Assembly: GCA_016297855.1 (NCBI GenBank)
Contig: JAEDFW010000001.1
Location: 1-63,763, forward strand
Direction of reading: 5' to 3'
Length of the DNA: 63,763 nt
From: Oscillospiraceae bacterium
GTDB taxonomy: Bacteria; Bacillota; Clostridia; Oscillospirales; Oscillospiraceae
In this document: positions 46,539-55,580 of the stretch, one piece after another
How the letters are laid out: the number at the start of each line of letters is the position of its first letter
How positions within the stretch are numbered: position 1 is the stretch's first letter
The notes under the pieces: generated by a model
The model's database searches: none
What the model was told of the DNA's origin: nothing
The model's input: the letters and a program-made list of their open reading frames with translations, nothing else
Translations under genes and position numbers: made by a program

Positions 46539-47417
46539 TTGATAAAAAGCATGACCGGTTACGGCCGCGCGGTGAAAACCATGCATGGACGTGAGTTTAC
46601 CGTGGAGATCCGCTCCGTCAACAACCGCTATCTCGATGCCAATGTCAAACTGCCGCGCGTGTTTGGGTTCGCCGAGGACAGTGTCAAAGCGCGCATCAAG
46701 CAGGAGATTTCACGCGGCAAGGTGGATGTGTTCATTTCTGCCGGCGCTGCCGAGGGCGGCGACGTACAGATCTCCCTGAACCGGTCGCTGCTGGAGGGCT
46801 ATCTTTCCGCCATGCGGGCAATCGCAGCGGACTACAGCGTACAGGACGACATTTCCGTCACGGCGCTCACGCGCTTTTCCGATATCTTCCTGGTGGAAAA
46901 GCAGCCGGAGGATGAGCAGCAGATCACCGGGGATATTTTGTCTGTGTTGGACGAGGCGCTGGAGCGGTTTTCTGCGATGCGTGCTGCCGAGGGCGCTGCG
47001 CTGGAAGCTGATCTTCGCGCCCGTGCGGCAACGATTCTGTCGCTTGTGGAAAAGGTTGAGGCGAGAAGCCCTGTTACACTGGCAGAGTATCGCGCGCGGC
47101 TGACGCAGAAGATGCAGGAGGTGCTGCAGAGCACATCCATTGATGAGGGACGTATTTTGCAGGAGGCTGCAATCTACGCCGACAAAATTGCGGTGGACGA
47201 GGAAACCGTTCGCCTGAGAAGTCATTTGTCACAGCTGGACGCCATGCTGACAACCGGCGGCGCGATCGGCCGGAAACTCGACTTCTTGCTGCAGGAGTTC
47301 AACCGCGAAGCCAATACCATCGGCTCTAAGGGAAACGATATCGAACAGGCCCGTACTGTGGTCGAGATTAAGGCAGAGCTGGAAAAGATCCGTGAGCAGA
47401 CGCAGAACATTGAATAA
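46539..47417 (+). CDS. yloC: YicC/YloC family endoribonuclease
   Basis: KSMTGYG, EIRSVNNRYLD, RGKVD, GRKLDFLLQEFNREANTIGSK and EKIREQTQNIE; TTG start. Confidence 0.94.
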   Translation: MIKSMTGYGRAVKTMHGREFTVEIRSVNNRYLDANVKLPRVFGFAEDSVKARIKQEISRGKVDVFISAGAAEGGDVQISLNRSLLEGYLSAMRAIAADYSVQDDISVTALTRFSDIFLVEKQPEDEQQITGDILSVLDEALERFSAMRAAEGAALEADLRARAATILSLVEKVEARSPVTLAEYRARLTQKMQEVLQSTSIDEGRILQEAAIYADKIAVDEETVRLRSHLSQLDAMLTTGGAIGRKLDFLLQEFNREANTIGSKGNDIEQARTVVEIKAELEKIREQTQNIE

Positions 47418-47435
47418 CGCACAGGCGGTGGAGCA

Positions 47436-47708
47436 ATGAAACTCATCAACATCGGTTTTGGCAGCGTCGTCTGCGCCGGGCGCGTATTGGCTGTGCTTAG
47501 CCCGGAATCCGCACCGATCAAGCGCGTGATTCAGGAGGCGCGTGAGCGCAGTATGCTGATTGACGCTTCTTATGGCCGCAGAACGCGGTCAGTGCTGCTG
47601 ATGGACACGGATCATGTGATCTTATCGGCGGTTCTGCCGGAAACAATCACGGCCCGGCTGGAAGGCAGAACGGCGGATGAAGCGCAGACGGAGGACGAGC
47701 TGTCATGA
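47436..47708 (+). CDS. remA: RemA/DUF370 family regulator
   Basis: [15 protein letters not shown] and [10 protein letters not shown]. Confidence 0.92.
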   Translation: MKLINIGFGSVVCAGRVLAVLSPESAPIKRVIQEARERSMLIDASYGRRTRSVLLMDTDHVILSAVLPETITARLEGRTADEAQTEDELS

Positions 47709-48301
47709 AAGGGAAGCTGTTTATTGTGTCCGGCCCTTCGGGTGTCGGGAAGAATACCATTCTCAATCGCGTCGTTGCCGGTCGGGAGAATGTGCAGTAT
47801 TCCATTTCCGCAACCTCGCGCGCCAAGCGGCCCGGCGAAATTGACGGCAAAAGCTACTTTTTTGTGACGCGCGAGCAGTTTGAAGCGATGCTTCAACAGG
47901 GCGAGCTTCTGGAATATGCCGAGTATGTCGGCAATTATTACGGCACGCCGCTCAAACCCATCGAACAGGCTACGCAGGCGGGCATCGATGTGGTGATGGA
48001 TCTCGACGTTGTCGGCGCGTTGAAAATACGAAAGCGCGTGGAAAATGCCGTGTTGGTGTTCGTAGCAGCACCGTCCTTCGATGTGATCCGTCAGCGGCTG
48101 ATACACCGCGGCGACGTAGCGCCGGACGTCATGGAAAGCCGGCTCGAGCGTGCCCGTTGGGAATGCGAGCAGGCCGGAGAATATGATTATATTATTATCA
48201 ACGATTCGGTCGAACGGGCCACGCAGGAACTGATGGCCATCATGACCGCTGAAAAATGTAAAACGATGGAGCGTATCCATATTGTCAAGGAGGAACTTTA
48301 A
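47705..48301 (+). CDS. gmk: Guanylate kinase
   Basis: [18 protein letters not shown] and NYYGT. Confidence 0.96.
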   Translation: MKGKLFIVSGPSGVGKNTILNRVVAGRENVQYSISATSRAKRPGEIDGKSYFFVTREQFEAMLQQGELLEYAEYVGNYYGTPLKPIEQATQAGIDVVMDLDVVGALKIRKRVENAVLVFVAAPSFDVIRQRLIHRGDVAPDVMESRLERARWECEQAGEYDYIIINDSVERATQELMAIMTAEKCKTMERIHIVKEEL

Positions 48302-48507
48302 TGCTGTATCCCGCAATGTCAAAACTTCTGGAACATGTGAACAGCCGGTATCTGCTGGTAAACGTTGTTGCGCACCGTGCGCGGCAGATCTCCATTGAAG
48401 CGGAGATGAACCACGAGCCGCTGCAGGACAAGCCCGTCACCATCGCGATCAACGAGGTCGCGCGCGGCGAGCTGACCGCCTCTCTCAAAGAGAAGTATCG
48501 GCAATAA
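48301..48507 (+). CDS. rpoZ: RNA polymerase omega subunit
   Basis: MLYP, SRYLLVNVVAHRARQI and KPVTIAINE. Confidence 0.95.
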   Translation: MLYPAMSKLLEHVNSRYLLVNVVAHRARQISIEAEMNHEPLQDKPVTIAINEVARGELTASLKEKYRQ

Positions 48508-48571
48508 TTACACGGGCACGAAGGCGTAGGCAAGCACCTGCGCCTTTGGCTGTATGAAGGGGGACTTGCGA

Positions 48572-51016
48572 ATGACTGCGAAAATTGCCGTATCGGCAGC
48601 CGTATTTGCCATTGACAAGCCCTATTCCTATAAAATTCCCGATGCCGTTGCCATACAGCCCGGAATGCGCGTGCTCGTTCCGTTTGGCAGGGGTAACCGC
48701 CGCTGTGAGGGCGTGGTGCTGGCTGTGGAGCAGGACGAGCCGACAAAGCTCAAGGCAATCGAGCGCGTTCTGGATGACGCGCCTGTGCTTTCACCCTCGC
48801 AGCTACGGCTGGCTGCATTTATCCGGGAACGGTATTTCTGCACCTACTATGATGCGGTCAAGGCCATTCTGCCTGCAGGACTGTGGTTTCGGACGAGCGA
48901 GCTGTATACCATCGTGAACACACCGGAAGGCGCGGCGGAAGAAAAAAATGAGACGGTGCGGGCGGTTTTGCAGGCGATCGAGGCGCTGGGCGGCAGTGTC
49001 AGTTACCGCTCACTGAAGGAGCAGTTTGCAGACGAACGGGCGTTATCCGCCGCGCTGAAGCTGCTGGTTGGCAAAAAGCGGCTTTCCACTGAGGTGGAAC
49101 TGCATTCCCGCGCTGCAGGCAAGACTGAACGCATGGCCGAATTGGCTGCTCCGGCTGAGGAAGCGGCAGAATATGCCGCGCGTAAACAGCGCTCTGCGCC
49201 TCTGCAGGCGGAAGTTCTGAACCTTCTGTGCGCGGTCGGAAGCGGCAGCTGCCGCGAGATCTGCGAACTGACCGGCGCTTCCGGGCCGACGCTGAAAAGA
49301 CTTGAAAAACTTGGATATCTTCGGATCACTGAGCGTGAGATGCTGCGCACAAGCGGATATATGCCGGCCAGGCAGGAGGATGAGCCGGTGCTTTCTATGC
49401 AGCAGCAGCGCGTATTTGACGATCTTCTGCAACAGATGCAGCGTGAAAAGCCGGGCGCAGCGCTTCTCTACGGTGTGACCGGCAGCGGTAAAACCGCCGT
49501 ATACATCCGACTCATTTACGCTGCGCTGTCCCGCGGAAAGACTGCCGTTCTGCTTGTGCCCGAAATTGCGCTCACACCGCAGCTGCTTGGCAGGCTGCGC
49601 GCGCATTTTGGCAGTCAGGTGGCTGTTCTGCACAGCAGCCTTCGTGTGGGCGAGCGCTATGATGAGTGGCGCAGAATCCAATCCGGCGATGCGCGCGTCG
49701 TGGTCGGCACACGCTCGGCCATTTTCGCGCCGGTAGAGAACCCTGGAATTTTTATCATCGACGAGGAACAGGAGCACACCTATAAATCCGAAAACGCGCC
49801 GCGTTACCACGCGCGCGAGATCGCGCTCTACCGCGGGCTGCAGGCGGGCGCTTTGGTGCTGCTGGGTTCGGCTACACCGTCGGTAGAGAGTATGTATCAC
49901 GCAAAAACCGGCGATTATACACTCTATACGCTTACCGAGCGGTATAACGGACAATCGCTGCCCAAAGTTCAGATCGTCGATATGAAGCAGGAGCTTCGCG
50001 CGGGCAACGCCACATCGGTTAGCCGCGCGCTGGAAGAACGCATCCGAGACAATGTAATCGCAGGCCGGCAGTCGATTTTGTTCCTCAACCGGCGCGGCAA
50101 CAGCCGGCTTCTCATGTGCGTTGAGTGCGGCGAGGCACCTGTATGCCCGCGCTGCAGCGTGCATCTGACCTATCACTCGGTTACTTCGCGGCTTATGTGC
50201 CACTACTGCGGCTATTCTGAGCCGGTTTATGACCGATGTAAATGCTGCGGCGGCGCGCTCAAACCCGTGGGCGCAGGTACACAGAAGGTTGAGCAGGAGC
50301 TGCGCGCCGTTTTCCCTGATACGGAGCTTCTGCGCATGGACGCGGACACCGTTACGGCCTCCAACAGCCATGAAGCAATTCTGTCGCGTTTTCAGAGCCA
50401 GCAGATTCCTATCCTGCTTGGCACACAAATGGTGGCCAAGGGGCTGGATTTTGCAAATGTGACACTTGTCGGCGTGCTGGACGCGGATATGAGTTTGTAT
50501 CTGGACAATTATCGCGCGGCGGAGACAACATTTTCTCTTCTGACGCAAGTGGTCGGCCGCGCCGGACGTGGTGAACAGGCCGGCATGGCGATGATCCAGA
50601 CCATGACGCCAGAGCACCCGGTCATTAAGCTCGCGGCGAGGCAGGACTATGACGCGTTTTACGATCTGGAAATCTCGATGCGCCGCCTGCGCGGTGTGCC
50701 GCCGTTTGCGGATCTTTTTATCATCACGTTTACAGGCTCGTTTGAAGAACAGGTCATGCGTGCGGCCGCGCGCTTTCGTGATATGCTGCAGGCGTATCTG
50801 CAGCGTAAGCCGTACTGTGATGAACATACCCAGCTGCTTGGCCCTGCGCCTGCAGCGATTGCAAAGATCAACTATACCTGGCGTTACCGGCTTACGCTCA
50901 GCGCGAAAAATTCGCGCCGGCTGCGGCAGCTGATTTCCTTCTGCCTGTGCGAATTTGCAAAGGATAAGCAAAACCGTGGTGTGAACGCGTTCGCCGACGT
51001 CAATTCATATGATTGA
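48572..51016 (+). CDS. priA: Primosomal protein N'
   Basis: GVTGSGKT, VPEIALTPQ, DEEQE, LNRRG, Cys-rich Zn knuckles, KGLDF and QVVGRAGR. Confidence 0.96.
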   Translation: MTAKIAVSAAVFAIDKPYSYKIPDAVAIQPGMRVLVPFGRGNRRCEGVVLAVEQDEPTKLKAIERVLDDAPVLSPSQLRLAAFIRERYFCTYYDAVKAILPAGLWFRTSELYTIVNTPEGAAEEKNETVRAVLQAIEALGGSVSYRSLKEQFADERALSAALKLLVGKKRLSTEVELHSRAAGKTERMAELAAPAEEAAEYAARKQRSAPLQAEVLNLLCAVGSGSCREICELTGASGPTLKRLEKLGYLRITEREMLRTSGYMPARQEDEPVLSMQQQRVFDDLLQQMQREKPGAALLYGVTGSGKTAVYIRLIYAALSRGKTAVLLVPEIALTPQLLGRLRAHFGSQVAVLHSSLRVGERYDEWRRIQSGDARVVVGTRSAIFAPVENPGIFIIDEEQEHTYKSENAPRYHAREIALYRGLQAGALVLLGSATPSVESMYHAKTGDYTLYTLTERYNGQSLPKVQIVDMKQELRAGNATSVSRALEERIRDNVIAGRQSILFLNRRGNSRLLMCVECGEAPVCPRCSVHLTYHSVTSRLMCHYCGYSEPVYDRCKCCGGALKPVGAGTQKVEQELRAVFPDTELLRMDADTVTASNSHEAILSRFQSQQIPILLGTQMVAKGLDFANVTLVGVLDADMSLYLDNYRAAETTFSLLTQVVGRAGRGEQAGMAMIQTMTPEHPVIKLAARQDYDAFYDLEISMRRLRGVPPFADLFIITFTGSFEEQVMRAAARFRDMLQAYLQRKPYCDEHTQLLGPAPAAIAKINYTWRYRLTLSAKNSRRLRQLISFCLCEFAKDKQNRGVNAFADVNSYD

Positions 51017-51028
51017 GAGGAAAAAACT

Positions 51029-51526
51029 ATGGCACTTCGGAAAATTGTTACAGTAGGAGATCCGGTTCTGAATAAGGTCTGCCGCCCGGTCACGAAGTTC
51101 GACGACCGGCTGGCTATGCTCATCGACGACATGATCGAAACGATGCATGAGGCAAACGGCGTGGGTCTGGCAGGGCCGCAGGTCGGCGTTCTGCGCCGTG
51201 TCGTCGTGGTCGATACGGGAGATGAGGATCTGGAACTCGTGAATCCGGAAATCGTCGAAACCGGCAAAGAGATGCAGACCGGCCTCGAGGGCTGTCTCAG
51301 CGTGCCCGGAAAATACGGCATTGTCACGCGACCGAATTATGTGGTTGTGCGTGCGCAGGACAGGAATGGAGACTGGTATGAATACGAAGGCGAAGAGCTG
51401 ATCGCACGCGCATTCTGCCACGAGCTGGCGCATCTGGACGGACAGCTGTATACCGAGGTGGCCGAGCGGATGCTCACGCCCGAAGAACTTGAGCAGCTGG
51501 AGCATGGAGCGGAGGACACCGAATGA
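51029..51526 (+). CDS. def: Peptide deformylase
   Basis: GVGLAGPQVG, EGCLS and HELAHLDG. Confidence 0.97.
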   Translation: MALRKIVTVGDPVLNKVCRPVTKFDDRLAMLIDDMIETMHEANGVGLAGPQVGVLRRVVVVDTGDEDLELVNPEIVETGKEMQTGLEGCLSVPGKYGIVTRPNYVVVRAQDRNGDWYEYEGEELIARAFCHELAHLDGQLYTEVAERMLTPEELEQLEHGAEDTE

Positions 51527-52443
51527 GACTCGTCTACATGGGCACGCCCGACATTGCGCGCGTGTGCCTGCAAAAGCTTTATGAGGCAGGCTTTGAGATT
51601 GCCGGTGTGTATACCAAGCCCGACACGCCAAAAAACCGCGGAATGAAGCTGGCGCAGTCCGAGGTCAAGGAGTACGCAGTTTCCATGGGGCTGCCGGTCT
51701 ATCAGCCTGCGACGTTCAAAGACGATGCGGTATATGAAGAACTTCGGTCACTGGCACCTGACCTCATCGTGGTCGTAGCCTATGGCAAGATTCTGCCGCA
51801 GCGCGTGCTGGACATTCCCAGATACGGCTGCATCAACATGCACGCGAGTATTTTGCCCGAGCTGAGAGGTGCTGGCCCCGTGCAGTGGTCGATCCTGAAC
51901 CACTGCGATGAGACGGGCGTGACAGCCATGTATCTTACGGCCGGGATGGATGAGGGCGATATCATTGAGATCCGGAAAACACCCATTGAGCCGATGGAAA
52001 CATCCAGCGAACTGATGGAGCGCCTTGCTGATATCGCGGCTGAGCTTGCGTGCGATACGGTGCGCGCGATTGAAAACGGCACAGCGGTGCGCACGCCACA
52101 GGACAATGCGCGTGCGACGTACGCGCCCATGCTGTCAAAGGATATGAGCCCGATTGACTGGAGCGGAACTGCGCGGGAGGTTATCGACCATGTGCGCGGC
52201 CTCATCCCGTGGCCGGTCGCAACGACAGAGCTGGACGGGAAGAAGTTCAAAATCTTCCGCGTTGAGCGCACAGAAAACAGGACGGATCGCGCGCCCGGCA
52301 CGCTGCTGCGGCTTACAAAGCAGGGCCTTGAGATCGCATGCGGCGACAGCGTGCTGTGCATCACACAGCTGCAGGCCGAAGGCGGCAAGCGCATGGCGGC
52401 GGCGGATTATTTCCGCGGTCATCCAATCAGAATTGAAGGATAA
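51523..52443 (+). CDS. fmt: Methionyl-tRNA formyltransferase
   Basis: YMGTPD, VVAYG, NMHASILP, RGAGP and MDEGD. Confidence 0.96.
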   Translation: MRLVYMGTPDIARVCLQKLYEAGFEIAGVYTKPDTPKNRGMKLAQSEVKEYAVSMGLPVYQPATFKDDAVYEELRSLAPDLIVVVAYGKILPQRVLDIPRYGCINMHASILPELRGAGPVQWSILNHCDETGVTAMYLTAGMDEGDIIEIRKTPIEPMETSSELMERLADIAAELACDTVRAIENGTAVRTPQDNARATYAPMLSKDMSPIDWSGTAREVIDHVRGLIPWPVATTELDGKKFKIFRVERTENRTDRAPGTLLRLTKQGLEIACGDSVLCITQLQAEGGKRMAAADYFRGHPIRIEG

Positions 52444-52455
52444 AAGGACAGAGCT

Positions 52456-53763
52456 ATGGACGCCAGAACCACCGCGCTGTCGGCGCTGATCGCCTGCCGC
52501 ACGCAGGCAGCATGGTCCGACGGTATTCTAAAGGAATATATCGCGCGCGACATGCTCGACGGCCGTGACGCGGCTTTTGCTTCGCGGCTGTGCTACGGCG
52601 TGCTGCAGAATCGGATGCTGCTGGATTATTATCTGGCGCAGAAGGTGAAAGGCGAGCTCAAAAAGCTCCAACCGGTCGTGCTGGATATTCTGCGCCTCGG
52701 CGTGTATCAGATCGTGTTCTGTGACCGGGTGCCCGTATCGGCGGCGGTCAATGAGGCGGTGGAGCAGACCAAGCGCTACGCCAATCGTGCGGCGGCGGGA
52801 CTGGTCAACGGCGTACTGCACGCACTCGTAAGGGATAAGGACGCGCTGCGGCAGCCGGATGATCTGGCTACCAGATACAGTCATCCGCAGCCGCTGGTCG
52901 ATCTCCTGGCGGGCACTCTGCCAGACGGGCAGCTCGAGCCGTTTCTCGCGGCAAACAATACACCTGCGCCGACCTGTCTGCAGGTGAATCCGCTGCGCGC
53001 AAGCGTGGACGAGATCTGCGCCGCAATGGAAGAAAACGGCGTTTCCTATGTACCGCATCCATGGCTTGCCGGCGCATTTCTTGTAAGCGGAACAGGAAGC
53101 CTTGAGAAGCTGCCCATTTTCCGCGAAGGAAAGGTCTATGTGCAGGACGCAGCCGCGCATCTGGCTGTAGCGGTTTCCGGCGTGCAGCCGGGAATGCTGG
53201 TGCTCGACTGCTGTGCCGCGCCGGGCGGCAAGAGCTTTGCCGCTGCGATGCAGATGGAAAACAAGGGCGAAATCATCGCCTGTGATATCCACGCGCACAA
53301 GACGGCAATCATTGAAAAAGGCGCTGAGCGGCTGGGTATTGGCATTATCCGCGCGATGCAGATGGATGCGCGCGAAGAAAAGAAAGATTTTCTGGGGCGG
53401 TTTGATACGGTCATTGCCGATGTGCCGTGTTCGGGATTCGGCGTCATCCGCAAAAAGCCCGATATCCGGTATAAAGACCTTGCGCCGATGGAGAAGCTGC
53501 CGCAGATCCAGCGCGCGATTCTGGAGAACGTCTGCCGCTATGTGGCTCCGGGTGGCGTGCTGCTCTACAGCACCTGTACGGTGCTGAGACGCGAAAATGA
53601 GGACGTGGCACGCGCATTCTTGCAGGCGCATCCGGAGTTTTCGCCGGAAACGGTCGATCTGCCGCAGCAGCTGCGGCTGGAAAATGACGGCATGCTGACG
53701 ATGCTTCCGCAGCTGCATGAATCGGACGGCTTTTTTATCTGCAAACTAAGGAGACACGTATGA
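52456..53763 (+). CDS. rsmB: 16S rRNA m5C967 methyltransferase
   Basis: NusB-like N-domain, DCCAAPGGKS, DVPCSG, YSTCT and DGFFI. Confidence 0.95.
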   Translation: MDARTTALSALIACRTQAAWSDGILKEYIARDMLDGRDAAFASRLCYGVLQNRMLLDYYLAQKVKGELKKLQPVVLDILRLGVYQIVFCDRVPVSAAVNEAVEQTKRYANRAAAGLVNGVLHALVRDKDALRQPDDLATRYSHPQPLVDLLAGTLPDGQLEPFLAANNTPAPTCLQVNPLRASVDEICAAMEENGVSYVPHPWLAGAFLVSGTGSLEKLPIFREGKVYVQDAAAHLAVAVSGVQPGMLVLDCCAAPGGKSFAAAMQMENKGEIIACDIHAHKTAIIEKGAERLGIGIIRAMQMDAREEKKDFLGRFDTVIADVPCSGFGVIRKKPDIRYKDLAPMEKLPQIQRAILENVCRYVAPGGVLLYSTCTVLRRENEDVARAFLQAHPEFSPETVDLPQQLRLENDGMLTMLPQLHESDGFFICKLRRHV

Positions 53764-54821
53764 AGCAGGATCTGAAATCCATGACGCTCACCGAGATGCA
53801 GCAAGCATTCAAAACGTTGGGAGAACCCGCGTTTCGCGCCAAACAGGTCTTTACGTGGCTGCATCGCGGAGCGACGTCCTTCGACGATATGACGAACCTG
53901 TCGAAGGCACTGCGCATACGACTGAGTGATCAGTACTATATCACTGCGCCCACAATCGTGCGAAAACAACAGTCGAAAAAAGATGGCACGATCAAATATC
54001 TCTGGCGGCTGCGCGACGGAAACTGTGTCGAGTCGGTCGTGATGCAGTACCACCACGGAAACACCGTGTGTATTTCGTCCGAGGTCGGCTGCCCGATGGG
54101 CTGCAAATTCTGCGCGTCTACGTTAGGGGGTCTTGTGCGCAGGCTCGCGCCGTCAGAACTTCTCGATCAGGTTCTGTTTTCGCAGCTCGACTCAGGGCTT
54201 CCGATCTCGAATATCGTGCTCATGGGCATCGGGGAACCTCTTGATAATTTTGACGCGGTCATGCAGTTTCTTACTCTGGTCAACAGTCCCGACGGGATGA
54301 ACATCGGTATGCGCCATATCAGCCTGTCCACCTGCGGCCTTGTCGATAAGATCGGCCTCTTGGCTGAAAAAAAGCTGCAGCTGACGCTCTCGGTGTCGCT
54401 GCACTCGCCGGACGATGAATCGAGAAGCAAAATCATGCCTGTCAACCGGCGCTGGAACGTGGATACGCTGCTCAGCGCCTGCCGCGACTATTTCGAAAAG
54501 ACCGGACGCAGAGTTTCGTTTGAATATACCATGATCGACGGCGTGAGCGACTCGCCGGAGCAGGCTGAACTACTTGCAAAAAAGCTGGCCGGCATGCAGG
54601 CGCACGTCAATATGATCCCGTTAAATACAGTCGAGGAAACGGGCCTGCGCACCAGTTCGCGCGAGGCCATCCGCAAGTTCCAGCAGATACTGGAGAACCA
54701 CGGCGTCACTGCCACAGTTCGCCGCACGCTCGGCAGCGACATTAACGCCTCGTGTGGCCAGCTGCGCAGGAAGTTTGAAGGTACGCAGAAGGAGGAAAGC
54801 GTATGCAGATCTGGGGAATGA
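53760..54821 (+). CDS. rlmN: Dual-specificity RNA methyltransferase RlmN (radical SAM)
   Basis: GCPMGCKFC, MGIGEP, SLH and ASCGQL. Confidence 0.96.
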   Translation: MKQDLKSMTLTEMQQAFKTLGEPAFRAKQVFTWLHRGATSFDDMTNLSKALRIRLSDQYYITAPTIVRKQQSKKDGTIKYLWRLRDGNCVESVVMQYHHGNTVCISSEVGCPMGCKFCASTLGGLVRRLAPSELLDQVLFSQLDSGLPISNIVLMGIGEPLDNFDAVMQFLTLVNSPDGMNIGMRHISLSTCGLVDKIGLLAEKKLQLTLSVSLHSPDDESRSKIMPVNRRWNVDTLLSACRDYFEKTGRRVSFEYTMIDGVSDSPEQAELLAKKLAGMQAHVNMIPLNTVEETGLRTSSREAIRKFQQILENHGVTATVRRTLGSDINASCGQLRRKFEGTQKEESVCRSGE

Positions 54822-55534
54822 CTGACGCCGGCAACATCCGCCAGCAGAATCAGGATTCCTTTTCCATTGTACACTTTTCGCGTGAGCGCGCGCTGATGAT
54901 CGTCTGCGACGGCATGGGCGGCGCGAAGTCCGGCAATGTGGCTAGTTCGCTGGCCGTGGATGTGTTTACAGATGAGGTACGCCGCAGCCAGAAGCTTGCG
55001 ACAAGTCCCGAACGCGCTGCGGAGATTTTGAAATCTGCGCTGGAATTGGCCAACAAGGCGGTCTATGAACAGGCGCAGATGAGCGCGGATTACGAGGGCA
55101 TGGGCACGACACTTGTTGCAGCGTTTATTCTGCGCGAGACAGCTGTTATCATCAATGTCGGCGATAGCCGGGCGTATCTGTTTTCCAAAAGCGGTGTCAA
55201 GCGCCTGACGACGGATCACTCCATTGTGGAATACATGGTCCAACGCGGCGAGTTGACACAGGAGCAGGCGAAAAACCACCCCGGGAAGAACCTGATTACC
55301 CGCGCAGTCGGAACAGAGCCTGTGGTCGAGGGCGATATCTATGTGCGGAAACTGCAGAAGGACGACTGCCTGATGCTGTGCTCCGATGGGCTGTCGAATG
55401 AGATGGCTGATCAGGAGATGCTGTTTGAGGTGGCGCACGGTGTGCGCAAAAGCGATTGCTGCCAGAGGCTGGTGAATATCGCAAAAAACCGCGGCGCGCC
55501 GGATAATGTGACGCTCACGCTGGCTGTCGTATGA
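54803..55534 (+). CDS. prpC: PP2C-family Ser/Thr phosphatase
   Basis: NQD, VCDGMGG, MGTT, NVGDSR, LCSDGL and PDNVT. Confidence 0.94.
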   Translation: MQIWGMTDAGNIRQQNQDSFSIVHFSRERALMIVCDGMGGAKSGNVASSLAVDVFTDEVRRSQKLATSPERAAEILKSALELANKAVYEQAQMSADYEGMGTTLVAAFILRETAVIINVGDSRAYLFSKSGVKRLTTDHSIVEYMVQRGELTQEQAKNHPGKNLITRAVGTEPVVEGDIYVRKLQKDDCLMLCSDGLSNEMADQEMLFEVAHGVRKSDCCQRLVNIAKNRGAPDNVTLTLAVV

Positions 55535-55580
55535 CAGATTCTGGTTTCAGCACTCATCAACTTGCGTAAAGGAGCTTCTT

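Noticed and set aside
49043..50971. 642-aa minus-strand ORF (likewise 36299-37723, 28459-29721, 52528-53718, 16525-17805, 3284-4420)
   Set aside because: Each lies fully antisense to a well-supported housekeeping gene and shows no recognisable protein features.
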